Source: a virus
Strand: one strand, 5' to 3'
Length of the DNA stretch: 39,345 nucleotides
UHGV virus genome: UHGV-1828728
This document shows, one piece after another, positions 12,042-18,742 of this stretch (within the stretch, counting starts at the first letter, position 1; each line of letters opens with the position of its first letter). Made by a program: the position numbers and the translations under genes. The notes below the pieces were generated by a model. It had not been told where the DNA came from, did not search any database, and saw nothing but the letters and a program-made list of their open reading frames with translations.

Positions 12042-12551
12042 TTAATTATGGTTAATCATATCTAACAGTATTTTTAGCTTCCTGCATGTGTTATCAATAT
12101 CTTTACATAATATGACATCAAGGATGTTTGGTAGTCCTAATACCATATGAGAAATGAAACCCTCGCCAACTTGTAGATTATGGGTAGTCTCATCTGGATT
12201 CACGTATTCAATGGTTTTAGTTTTATTTATCCCATAATCTTTATAACAGATGATTACAGGAATGTTCTTCTGTTCAGCAATCTGCAACTCTATTCCTAGC
12301 CCTGTTGATGGAAAACTACATTCTGCAATTATTACATCAGATTTCTCAACCATATCTCTGTCCCAAATGTAACAAAGTCTAGATTTGTTACTTTCAGGGC
12401 GCTTTGATAATTCTGGGTCACTATTTATCAAAGCATATTTTACGTTGTTATTTTGAGATAAACCTTTTGCAAGGCTGTGAATCCAATTACTGTACTCATG
12501 GAAAATTTCCCTTGGAACATGAGTTAAAGCGCATGCGATATATATATTCAT
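12042..12551 (-). CDS. nucleoside 2-deoxyribosyltransferase-like (N-glycosidase fold) protein, cassette gene B
   Basis: 169 aa; N-terminal MNIYIACAL and internal DVIIAECSFPSTGLGIELQIAEQKNIPVI resemble the NDT/Rcl family strand and catalytic-Glu motif (GLGMELGYA in Lactobacillus NDT, from memory). ATG overlaps the stop of gene A (TAATG). AT-rich. Confidence 0.75.
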   Translation of the reverse strand: MNIYIACALTHVPREIFHEYSNWIHSLAKGLSQNNNVKYALINSDPELSKRPESNKSRLCYIWDRDMVEKSDVIIAECSFPSTGLGIELQIAEQKNIPVIICYKDYGINKTKTIEYVNPDETTHNLQVGEGFISHMVLGLPNILDVILCKDIDNTCRKLKILLDMINHN

Positions 12552-13591
12552 TAAGAAGCAGACCTTACGTTTGGGATAAGAAATTGGTGTCCAGTAATTT
12601 CAGATGAAATTGCATCTATAAACTGTGACGGAGATTGTTGAATAAATTCAGCAATAATCCAGTTTTCTTTTTCATTTAGTAACTGTCTTAGCTTAAGTGG
12701 GTCATACCGACATAGCTCACTTAATCGATGCATAGCTGCTAGGGTTATAACCAATGGCGATATTGAAACAGAAGTATGCTCAGATTGATTGTTTTTACGT
12801 TTGAGATACCAAAGAGTCTCTGCGCCATTGATATAGTAAAGATTTCTTCTTATTTTTTGATGAAATTCAGTTAATTGCGGCATGTTGGACGATTGATTTT
12901 CATTAAAATCAAGTAATGATTCTACTGATTTTATTTTGTACTTTTCTCTTTCAAACAATTCGAACGCTGGCGGTAGAATGTCGAAAACTGTGTCGAACCG
13001 AAAATCCTTGGATAAAATCGCAGTGAAAAACAGGCTATTGTCTGACTCATTCAAAACGAACTCAGCATCGATCAGTGGAATAAATATATCATCAGTTACA
13101 TCATAAGTAAGGCAATATGTACGATGAATATATGGCAATCCAGAAAAAAGGTTTTTTATATTGTACACCCCCTCATGAGAGGTGCCGTCAATATATTTTG
13201 AAAAAGACGGAAGTATACCCTCATTTTTTATTTTTACTTTTATATCAGATAAGTTATCAATTTGGGCTGCATTTTCACCCCTAGCAACACCATGATGCTG
13301 TTTGAAGTTTATATTGCGAGATGAAAGTAACGCCTTTACTGCATTCATGAATGAATAATAGTGCAAAAGTGGGGCTGATTGGTTGGGTAAACCATTGGCC
13401 GCCTGATTAAATACTTTTGCTTGCTCCCAATAAAAAAGAGCCTCATCTTTTTCGTTTCGCTTTAACCAGAGTTCGACAAAATCCCAATGACTGTATGTAA
13501 GTACATTCCTTGCGGTTAGGTCAGGGTTTAATGATGCTTTATGAGGCTTCATGACCTTGTTCCTAATTTTCAGCGGCTTAATATTCATCAT
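12551..13591 (-). CDS. hypothetical protein, cassette gene A (no recognisable domain)
   Basis: 346-aa ORF with tandem ATG start, GGAGG SD 9 nt upstream, sigma70-like promoter further upstream; no catalytic motif identifiable by eye. Confidence 0.75.
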   Translation of the reverse strand: MMNIKPLKIRNKVMKPHKASLNPDLTARNVLTYSHWDFVELWLKRNEKDEALFYWEQAKVFNQAANGLPNQSAPLLHYYSFMNAVKALLSSRNINFKQHHGVARGENAAQIDNLSDIKVKIKNEGILPSFSKYIDGTSHEGVYNIKNLFSGLPYIHRTYCLTYDVTDDIFIPLIDAEFVLNESDNSLFFTAILSKDFRFDTVFDILPPAFELFEREKYKIKSVESLLDFNENQSSNMPQLTEFHQKIRRNLYYINGAETLWYLKRKNNQSEHTSVSISPLVITLAAMHRLSELCRYDPLKLRQLLNEKENWIIAEFIQQSPSQFIDAISSEITGHQFLIPNVRSAS

Positions 13592-13620
13592 TGTAATAAT
13601 CCTCCACCCAAAGTTACTAG

Positions 13621-13649
13621 ATTGTAAAATATATATTTTTGTTCCACAA
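13621..13649 (-). promoter_or_regulatory. sigma70-like promoter of the AT-rich cassette
   Basis: Minus strand: -35 TTGTGG (13644-13649), 17-nt spacer, -10 TACAAT (13621-13626), about 30 nt upstream of the gene A ATG; no C1 operator-like sequence seen here. Confidence 0.45.
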
Positions 13650-13681
13650 CAAAAATCTCTATTGGCTACTGACGTAATTAA

Positions 13682-14323
13682 TTATAAATAGTTTTCTTTG
13701 CCGGTAAGTAAGCCTTGAGGAACTCGCTTGTCGGCTAGACATTGGGTTCCGCGAATTATGTTAATCAGAGGGCTTAGTAACGATGGTTCCTGGCGGGCCT
13801 CAACTTCTCCAGCCATTGCCCTGATGTAGTCGGCGCTTGCAACGTTGTTATATTCCGTTGCGAAGCAGCATAACAACGACAGAACGTGCTCTGTCGTTAT
13901 TTCGCTCCAGTTGATGTTGAAAAATTCATCGCCTTTTTTGTCGTGTTCGGAATCGAAGATGCTTTGGTGGAGGATGTATTTGCCGGATTCTTTGCGCGGT
14001 AACTTGATCGCTTTCTGGCGTTCCAGCTCCTTGTAAATCTGCATTGCTTCAATTAGTACCGGCCTGCCGTTCATGAAGGGATCGCGCAACCTTACACGCT
14101 GGCCAACTCGACCCGTAATAAAGCTGTTTTCCTCTTCCACCAGCACGATAAAACCCTTTTCCTCTTTTTCTCGCAATTCGCGCAGCAGCTGGAGTTCCAT
14201 ATCGCGGCGGCGTTCAGGGTAGCTGGTCCGCTCAGCCATTATCAGCTCATTGTTGATCCATGCGGCAGTCATTGACGCCGGTTTGCCGACGCTCATCGAA
14301 ACAACGCATATTTTCTTATCCAT
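13682..14323 (-). CDS. mat: Mat-like protein (P1 backbone gene adjacent to ref)
   Basis: 213-aa ORF from ATG 14323 (AGGGG SD; the track start 14350 is GTG); normal GC; sits next to ref as mat does in P1. Name by synteny only. Confidence 0.5.
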   Translation of the reverse strand: MDKKICVVSMSVGKPASMTAAWINNELIMAERTSYPERRRDMELQLLRELREKEEKGFIVLVEEENSFITGRVGQRVRLRDPFMNGRPVLIEAMQIYKELERQKAIKLPRKESGKYILHQSIFDSEHDKKGDEFFNINWSEITTEHVLSLLCCFATEYNNVASADYIRAMAGEVEARQEPSLLSPLINIIRGTQCLADKRVPQGLLTGKENYL

Positions 14324-14511
14324 AGCGCCCCTACAAAAAAGAAAAGCCACCAGCGGCGGCTTAGCAATACAACTGAAGGTAGCGCCCGGTACTCAGACTG
14401 TGCCGTCCATGGAATATTTGAAAAGGGATCCATCCGTACCGGGCATGTGATGATTCTGACTGAAGTCACTTGTCAGTTGTCAATTATTTCAGATTAAAAA
14501 TAATATATTTA

Positions 14512-15072
14512 TTAGTGCATGCTGTTTGCCATCTCATAGGCGTCAGCCAGCAACTCCATCTCTGACTTGTTCAGCAAGGTGAATTCTTTCTTGCCTCCAA
14601 CCACACCATCGGCATGAACAGGGACCAGCCAGGGGTATTTTTCTCTTACTTCAGCCGGTGCTGCATGCTGGTGGTGCCATCTACAAAGTGGCAATTGCTT
14701 TTTGTGACAACCAGGCGCGGTACGACCGGAGATATGGTGCAGAGACACCTCTTCAGATATTACTCCATGCATATAGCAGGCAATGCAGGGGAGAGCGCCA
14801 AGAGCATTGGCTATGCGCCGCTCCTCCGCCGTCGGTGTTCGTCCCTTCAAGCCACGAGATTTTATTTTTACCGCGCTTTTCCGCGTTTTGCTGGCTGGTG
14901 GGCGCTCTTTCTGTTTAGCGATACGGCGGTCGATAGTATTCCGCATTTTCTGATATTGAGATTCTCGCCAGGCCGGATCAGCCAACTTCTCCCGTTGCCG
15001 AGCGATCGCTCGTTCTCTGGCTGCCTTCTGCCACTTACGGTGCTGTTCAATTTTTTGTTCGATTGTTTTCAT
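14512..15072 (-). CDS. ref: Ref (recombination enhancement function, HNH-type endonuclease)
   Basis: 186-aa product starting MKTIEQKIEQHRKWQ..., Cys/His-rich C-terminal half; matches P1 Ref from memory. The track ORF extends upstream to 15177 but Ref begins at the internal ATG. Confidence 0.85.
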   Translation of the reverse strand: MKTIEQKIEQHRKWQKAARERAIARQREKLADPAWRESQYQKMRNTIDRRIAKQKERPPASKTRKSAVKIKSRGLKGRTPTAEERRIANALGALPCIACYMHGVISEEVSLHHISGRTAPGCHKKQLPLCRWHHQHAAPAEVREKYPWLVPVHADGVVGGKKEFTLLNKSEMELLADAYEMANSMH

Positions 15073-15077
15073 ATGGC

Positions 15078-15103
15078 AAAAAAAAGGCGGCCTGATGGCC
15101 GCC
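15078..15103 (-). terminator. terminator-like hairpin in the ref leader (possible attenuator)
   Basis: On the minus strand, stem GGCGGCC/GGCCGCC with loop ATCA followed by T8, ending 5 nt before the ref ATG. Confidence 0.4.
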
Positions 15104-15163
15104 AATGATGTCAAGGAGTTAAGTAATGGCAACGTCTTCGTAGTTGACAAAAACTGCGGCTCA

Positions 15164-15187
15164 ATTATAGCAATCAATTAGAGCAAT
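15164..15187 (-). promoter_or_regulatory. ref promoter with overlapping C1 operator
   Basis: Minus strand ATTGCTCTAATTGATTGC TATAAT: operator core (15171-15187) immediately upstream of a perfect -10 TATAAT (15164-15169). Confidence 0.5.
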
Positions 15188-15247
15188 GGTAGAGATTTTG
15201 TTTATCGCGAATCACATTTTTTCACTTCAGTACCTGTGTGCTATACT

Positions 15248-15321
15248 CCTTCTTGATTGATTGGATGCGGAATACAAACCCGCTCTTTTGTGCAGCCTGG
15301 CTCCTTGCCAGGCTTTTTTTT
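15248..15321 (+). ncRNA. candidate small RNA (promoter plus intrinsic terminator, no ORF)
   Basis: Extended -10 TGcTATACT (15239-15247), about 45 nt containing GATTGATTGG, then hairpin AGCCTGGC-TCCTT-GCCAGGCT (15294-15314) and T8. No coding potential on + strand. Existence as an RNA is inference. Confidence 0.25.
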
Positions 15322-15631
15322 ATTTCATCATGGAAGCTGTTAATGCTTTGGACCTTGCTGAACTGATTGAGAGGGCTTTGTCAACGTGCCCCAAAAATTC
15401 GCCAAACTCAGACATCACTTTAGCAAAACCGCGCCGTGCTTCTTCCTCGGTGGCATTCATCACGAAATGTTCAGCACTACGCATACTTCTGACAGGGAAC
15501 GCAACGGATATTGAGTCAATATCAGGCATTCTATCGCTCAGCTTTACAGTGACAATGACGGCTGGCGACTGAATATTAGTGCTCACTGACAGCACTACAT
15601 ATTTTCCGTCGATGTTGAAATTCTTTCTCAT
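15320..15631 (-). CDS. cra: Cra-like protein (cre-associated)
   Basis: 103-aa ORF between cre and ref with ATG and GGTGA SD; C1 operator-like site just upstream. Name by synteny. Confidence 0.6.
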   Translation of the reverse strand: MRKNFNIDGKYVVLSVSTNIQSPAVIVTVKLSDRMPDIDSISVAFPVRSMRSAEHFVMNATEEEARRGFAKVMSEFGEFLGHVDKALSISSARSKALTASMMK

Positions 15632-15647
15632 ATGTCACCATAAATAT

Positions 15648-15664
15648 CAAAGAATTAGAGCAAT
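15648..15664 (-). promoter_or_regulatory. C1 operator-like site upstream of cra
   Basis: Core ATTGCTCTAAT (reverse complement of 15654-15664); 13/17 to consensus. Confidence 0.45.
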
Positions 15665-15681
15665 CATTTACGCGTTAATGG

Positions 15682-16713
15682 CTAATCGCCATCTTCCAGC
15701 AGGCGCACCATTGCCCCTGTTTCACTATCCAGGTTACGGATATAGTTCATGACAATATTTACGTTGGTCCAGCCACCAGCTTGCATGATCTCCGGTATTG
15801 AAACTCCGGCGCGGGCCATATCTCGCGCGGCTCCGACACGGGCACTGTGTCCAGACCAGGCCAGGTACCTCTGACCAGAGTCATCCTTAGCCCCGTAAAT
15901 CAATCGGTGAGTTGCTTCAAAAATCCCTTCCAGGGCGCGAGTTGATAGCTGGCTGGTGGATGATGGCGAGGCAACACCATTTTTTCTGACCCGGCAAAAC
16001 AAGTAGTTATTCGGATCATCAGCCACACCAGAGACGGAAATCCATCGCTCGACCAGTTTAGTTACCCCCAGGCTAAGTGCCTTCTCTACACCTGCGGTGC
16101 TAACCAGCGTTTTCGTTCTGCCAATATGGATTAACATTCTCCCACCGTCAGTACGTGAGATATCTTTAACCCTGATCCTGGCAATTTCGGCTATACGTAA
16201 CAGGGTGTTATAAGCAATCCCCAGAAATGCCAGATTCCGTATATCCTGGCAGCGATCGCTATTTCCCATGAGTGAACGAACCTGGTCGAAATCAGTGCGT
16301 TCGAACGCCAGCGCCTGTTTTGCACGCTCACCGGCATCAACGTTTTCTTTTCGGATCCGTCGCATGACCAGTGAAACAGCATTGCTGTCACTTGGTCGTG
16401 GCAGCCCGGACCGACGATGAAGCATATTTAGCTGGCCCAAATGTTGCTGGATAGTTTTCACTGCCAGACCGCGCGCCTGAAGATATAGAAGATAATCGCG
16501 AACATCTTCAGGTTCTGCGGGAAACCATTTCCGGTTATTCAACTTGCACCATGCCGCCCATGACCGGCAAACGGACAGAAGCATTTTCCAGGTATGCTCA
16601 GAAAACGCCTGGCGATCCCTGAACATGTCCATCAGGTTCTTGCGAACCTCATCACTCGTTGCATCGACCGGTAATGCAGGCAAATTTTGGTGTACGGTCA
16701 GTAAATTGGACAT
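15682..16713 (-). CDS. cre: Cre tyrosine recombinase
   Basis: 343-aa product beginning MSNLLTVHQNLPALPVDATSDEVRKNLMDMFRDRQAFSEHTWKMLLSVCRSWAAWCKLNNRKWFPAEPEDVRDYLLYLQARGLAVKTIQQHLGQLNMLHRRSGLPRPSDSNAVSLVMRRIRKENVDAGERAKQALAFERTDFDQVRSLM and ending NIVMNYIRNLDSETGAMVRLLEDGD; matches canonical Cre from memory apart from a few substitutions. Confidence 0.97.
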   Translation of the reverse strand: MSNLLTVHQNLPALPVDATSDEVRKNLMDMFRDRQAFSEHTWKMLLSVCRSWAAWCKLNNRKWFPAEPEDVRDYLLYLQARGLAVKTIQQHLGQLNMLHRRSGLPRPSDSNAVSLVMRRIRKENVDAGERAKQALAFERTDFDQVRSLMGNSDRCQDIRNLAFLGIAYNTLLRIAEIARIRVKDISRTDGGRMLIHIGRTKTLVSTAGVEKALSLGVTKLVERWISVSGVADDPNNYLFCRVRKNGVASPSSTSQLSTRALEGIFEATHRLIYGAKDDSGQRYLAWSGHSARVGAARDMARAGVSIPEIMQAGGWTNVNIVMNYIRNLDSETGAMVRLLEDGD

Positions 16714-16720
16714 TTAACAC

Positions 16721-16942
16721 TCAGATAATGGTTTTAAGTAAAGTGTACAGGATCGGCTCTGCCTTTACCTGTTTATGGTTCTCGTCATAGAAACGCCAGC
16801 GACCGCGCGTGCGTTCTATTTTCTCTTCACCGCGCGATAATGACAGTTGACAACTATCACGATCAAACCCTTTTGCCCGCCAGTAACCACGGTTTTTCTC
16901 AAGCTCAATATGAGTGGACACTTTAGCAGCTGAATATCCCAT
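16721..16942 (-). CDS. hypothetical 73-aa protein between loxP and cre
   Basis: ATG with GAGGTG SD at 5-nt spacing; stop 8 nt before the cre ATG; lies in what is normally treated as the cre promoter region. Confidence 0.45.
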   Translation of the reverse strand: MGYSAAKVSTHIELEKNRGYWRAKGFDRDSCQLSLSRGEEKIERTRGRWRFYDENHKQVKAEPILYTLLKTII

Positions 16943-17040
16943 TTTTCACCTCTGATTGATTGGTGGTGCTAAGTGCGCTACGCGAAATCTGGAGCACTAA
17001 CACTGCCAACATTTCGCAGATTTTACGTAGCGCAACCTTG

Positions 17041-17117
17041 ATCAAATGATCAAGTGATCACTATTTGACCTGATAAGGTATTGAACTGTATGGATTTACA
17101 GGTAAATTGATCATGTT
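17041..17117. promoter_or_regulatory. GATC (Dam site) cluster next to loxP
   Basis: GATC at 17041, 17049 and 17057 within 20 bp plus another at 17111; P1 cre transcription is described as Dam-methylation sensitive (from memory). Confidence 0.4.
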
Positions 17118-17131
17118 CAATAACCCTTAAG

Positions 17132-17165
17132 ATAACTTCGTATAATGTATGCTATACGAAGTTAT
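17132..17165. other. loxP: loxP recombination site
   Basis: Exact ATAACTTCGTATA-ATGTATGC-TATACGAAGTTAT (13-bp inverted repeats, 8-bp spacer). Confidence 0.97.
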
Positions 17166-17208
17166 TAGGTCCGAAGAGGAGTTTACGTCCAGTTGCGCAT
17201 AAAAATCA

Positions 17209-17225
17209 AGAATTATTAGAGCAAT
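17209..17225 (-). promoter_or_regulatory. C1 operator (immC)
   Basis: AGAATTATTAGAGCAAT, 15/17 to consensus in reverse orientation. Confidence 0.5.
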
Positions 17226-17285
17226 AAATTTTGAGAGAAAAATCCCACTCCACCAGCCAAAAACTGGATTGTTTTTCATAGTTGT

Positions 17286-17314
17286 TTGACAATTGCTCTA
17301 ATAAATTATAGTTT
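17286..17314 (+). promoter_or_regulatory. immC promoter with embedded C1 operator
   Basis: TTGACA (17286-17291) followed by ATTGCTCTAATAAATTA (17292-17308, 16/17 to consensus) overlapping a TATAGT/TAGTTT -10; reads toward coi-c1. Confidence 0.55.
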
Positions 17315-17546
17315 TGCCGCCGTTTCGTAATACGACTTTGGATTCACTATTTAATGTGTCTTCAGCGTTGTAGAGCGGCTCAGAAGGAAATGAGCAAACA
17401 GGGAAACCTTATACAACGGCATTACAGCTATGCATTGCTCATCTTACACACAGCGCAATGTTGTTAGATTACCCCAGCATGGATCATGGGTGAAACAGTA
17501 GGTCAGAGCTTCAGGCTCTGTGTTGTCAATACAGTGAGGCATAATT

Positions 17547-17756
17547 ATGGCTTTCATTCCACCAACCATCGACGACGTTAGACATTGCTCTAACGCTTTA
17601 TCTGTAGACCCCGCCGAAACCGACGCTGCCCGCGCCATTGCTGAACACTACTCAAAGATATCCAATCAGGAGTACCGCATCACCCAAGACGACCTGGATG
17701 ATCTCACTGACACAATCGAATATCTCATGGCCACTAACCAGCCAGACTCACAATAA
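17547..17756 (+). CDS. coi: Coi (C1 inactivator)
   Basis: 69-aa ORF immediately upstream of c1 with ATG and GTGAGG SD; size and position match P1 coi. Confidence 0.8.
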   Translation: MAFIPPTIDDVRHCSNALSVDPAETDAARAIAEHYSKISNQEYRITQDDLDDLTDTIEYLMATNQPDSQ

Positions 17757-17772
17757 ATGCACTAATAAATCT
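17756..17772 (+). promoter_or_regulatory. degenerate C1 operator-like site between coi and c1
   Basis: AATGCACTAATAAATCT, 14/17 to consensus. Confidence 0.35.
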
Positions 17773-17866
17773 ATTATTTTCGTTGGATCCTTCTATAATG
17801 GTGGCCAACAACTCCCAGTGTAATCCGCTGTGAGTTGTTGGCCATGTCAATTCTGGAGGAGGATCA

Positions 17867-18718
17867 ATGATAAATTATGTCTACGGCGAACAACTGTACC
17901 AGGAGTTCGTCAGCTTCAGGGATCTCTTTCTAAAAAAAGCTGTTGCACGCGCCCAACACGTTGATGCCGCCAGCGACGGTCGTCCTGTTCGCCCGGTTGT
18001 CGTTCTGCCGTTCAAAGAAACGGACAGCATTCAGGCTGAAATTGATAAATGGACTTTAATGGCGCGGGAACTGGAACAGTACCCAGACCTCAATATCCCA
18101 AAGACTATTTTATATCCAGTGCCTAACATCCTTCGCGGTGTGCGTAAGGTTACGACTTATCAGACAGAAGCTGTGAACAGCGTCAACATGACCGCTGGCC
18201 GCATTATTCATCTGATTGATAAGGACATTCGCATCCAGAAAAGCGCAGGGATCAATGAGCACAGTGCGAAATACATAGAGAACCTGGAAGCAACAAAAGA
18301 GCTAATGAAGCAGTACCCGGAGGATGAAAAATTCCGTATGCGCGTACACGGCTTTAGCGAAACAATGCTGCGCGTCCATTACATTTCTAGTAGCCCTAAC
18401 TACAATGATGGTAAATCAGTTAGTTACCATGTGCCGCTATGTGGTGTGTTTATCTGCGATGAAACTCTCCGTGATGGAATTATCATCAACGGTGAATTCG
18501 AGAAAGCAAAATTTAGCCTTTATGACTCTATAGAACCGATCATCTGCGACCGCTGGCCGCAGGCAAAAATATATCGCCTGGCAGATATTGAAAATGTAAA
18601 AAAACAAATTGCCATCACTCGCGAAGAGAAAAAGGTCAAATCAGCCGCATCAGTTACGCGCAGCCGTAAAACTAAGAAGGGGCAGCCAGTAAACGACAAC
18701 CCCGAAAGCGCACAATAG
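17867..18718 (+). CDS. c1: C1 repressor of lysis
   Basis: 283-aa product beginning MINYVYGEQLYQEFVSFRDLFLKK; matches P1 C1 in sequence and length from memory; GGAGGAGG SD. Confidence 0.95.
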   Translation: MINYVYGEQLYQEFVSFRDLFLKKAVARAQHVDAASDGRPVRPVVVLPFKETDSIQAEIDKWTLMARELEQYPDLNIPKTILYPVPNILRGVRKVTTYQTEAVNSVNMTAGRIIHLIDKDIRIQKSAGINEHSAKYIENLEATKELMKQYPEDEKFRMRVHGFSETMLRVHYISSSPNYNDGKSVSYHVPLCGVFICDETLRDGIIINGEFEKAKFSLYDSIEPIICDRWPQAKIYRLADIENVKKQIAITREEKKVKSAASVTRSRKTKKGQPVNDNPESAQ

Positions 18719-18742
18719 TTTCCATCCGGCATGGTCAATGAG

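Noticed and set aside
12042-13591. Possibility that the AT-rich cassette is a type II toxin-antitoxin pair or a restriction-modification system
   Set aside because: No methyltransferase motifs in either protein and both are larger than typical toxin/antitoxin pairs; not excluded, but the NDT-like effector plus unknown partner reading fits the sequence better.
14495-14511. Degenerate operator-like sequence (reverse complement ATGCACTAATAAATAT) at the ref 3' end
   Set aside because: About 13/17 to consensus; could be a weak operator for mat but the evidence is insufficient.
14614-15108. 164-aa + strand ORF and other frames overlapping ref
   Set aside because: Antisense to or out of frame with ref, whose identity is well supported; no independent start signals.
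16191-16391. 66-aa ORF inside cre
   Set aside because: Alternative frame within the cre coding sequence.
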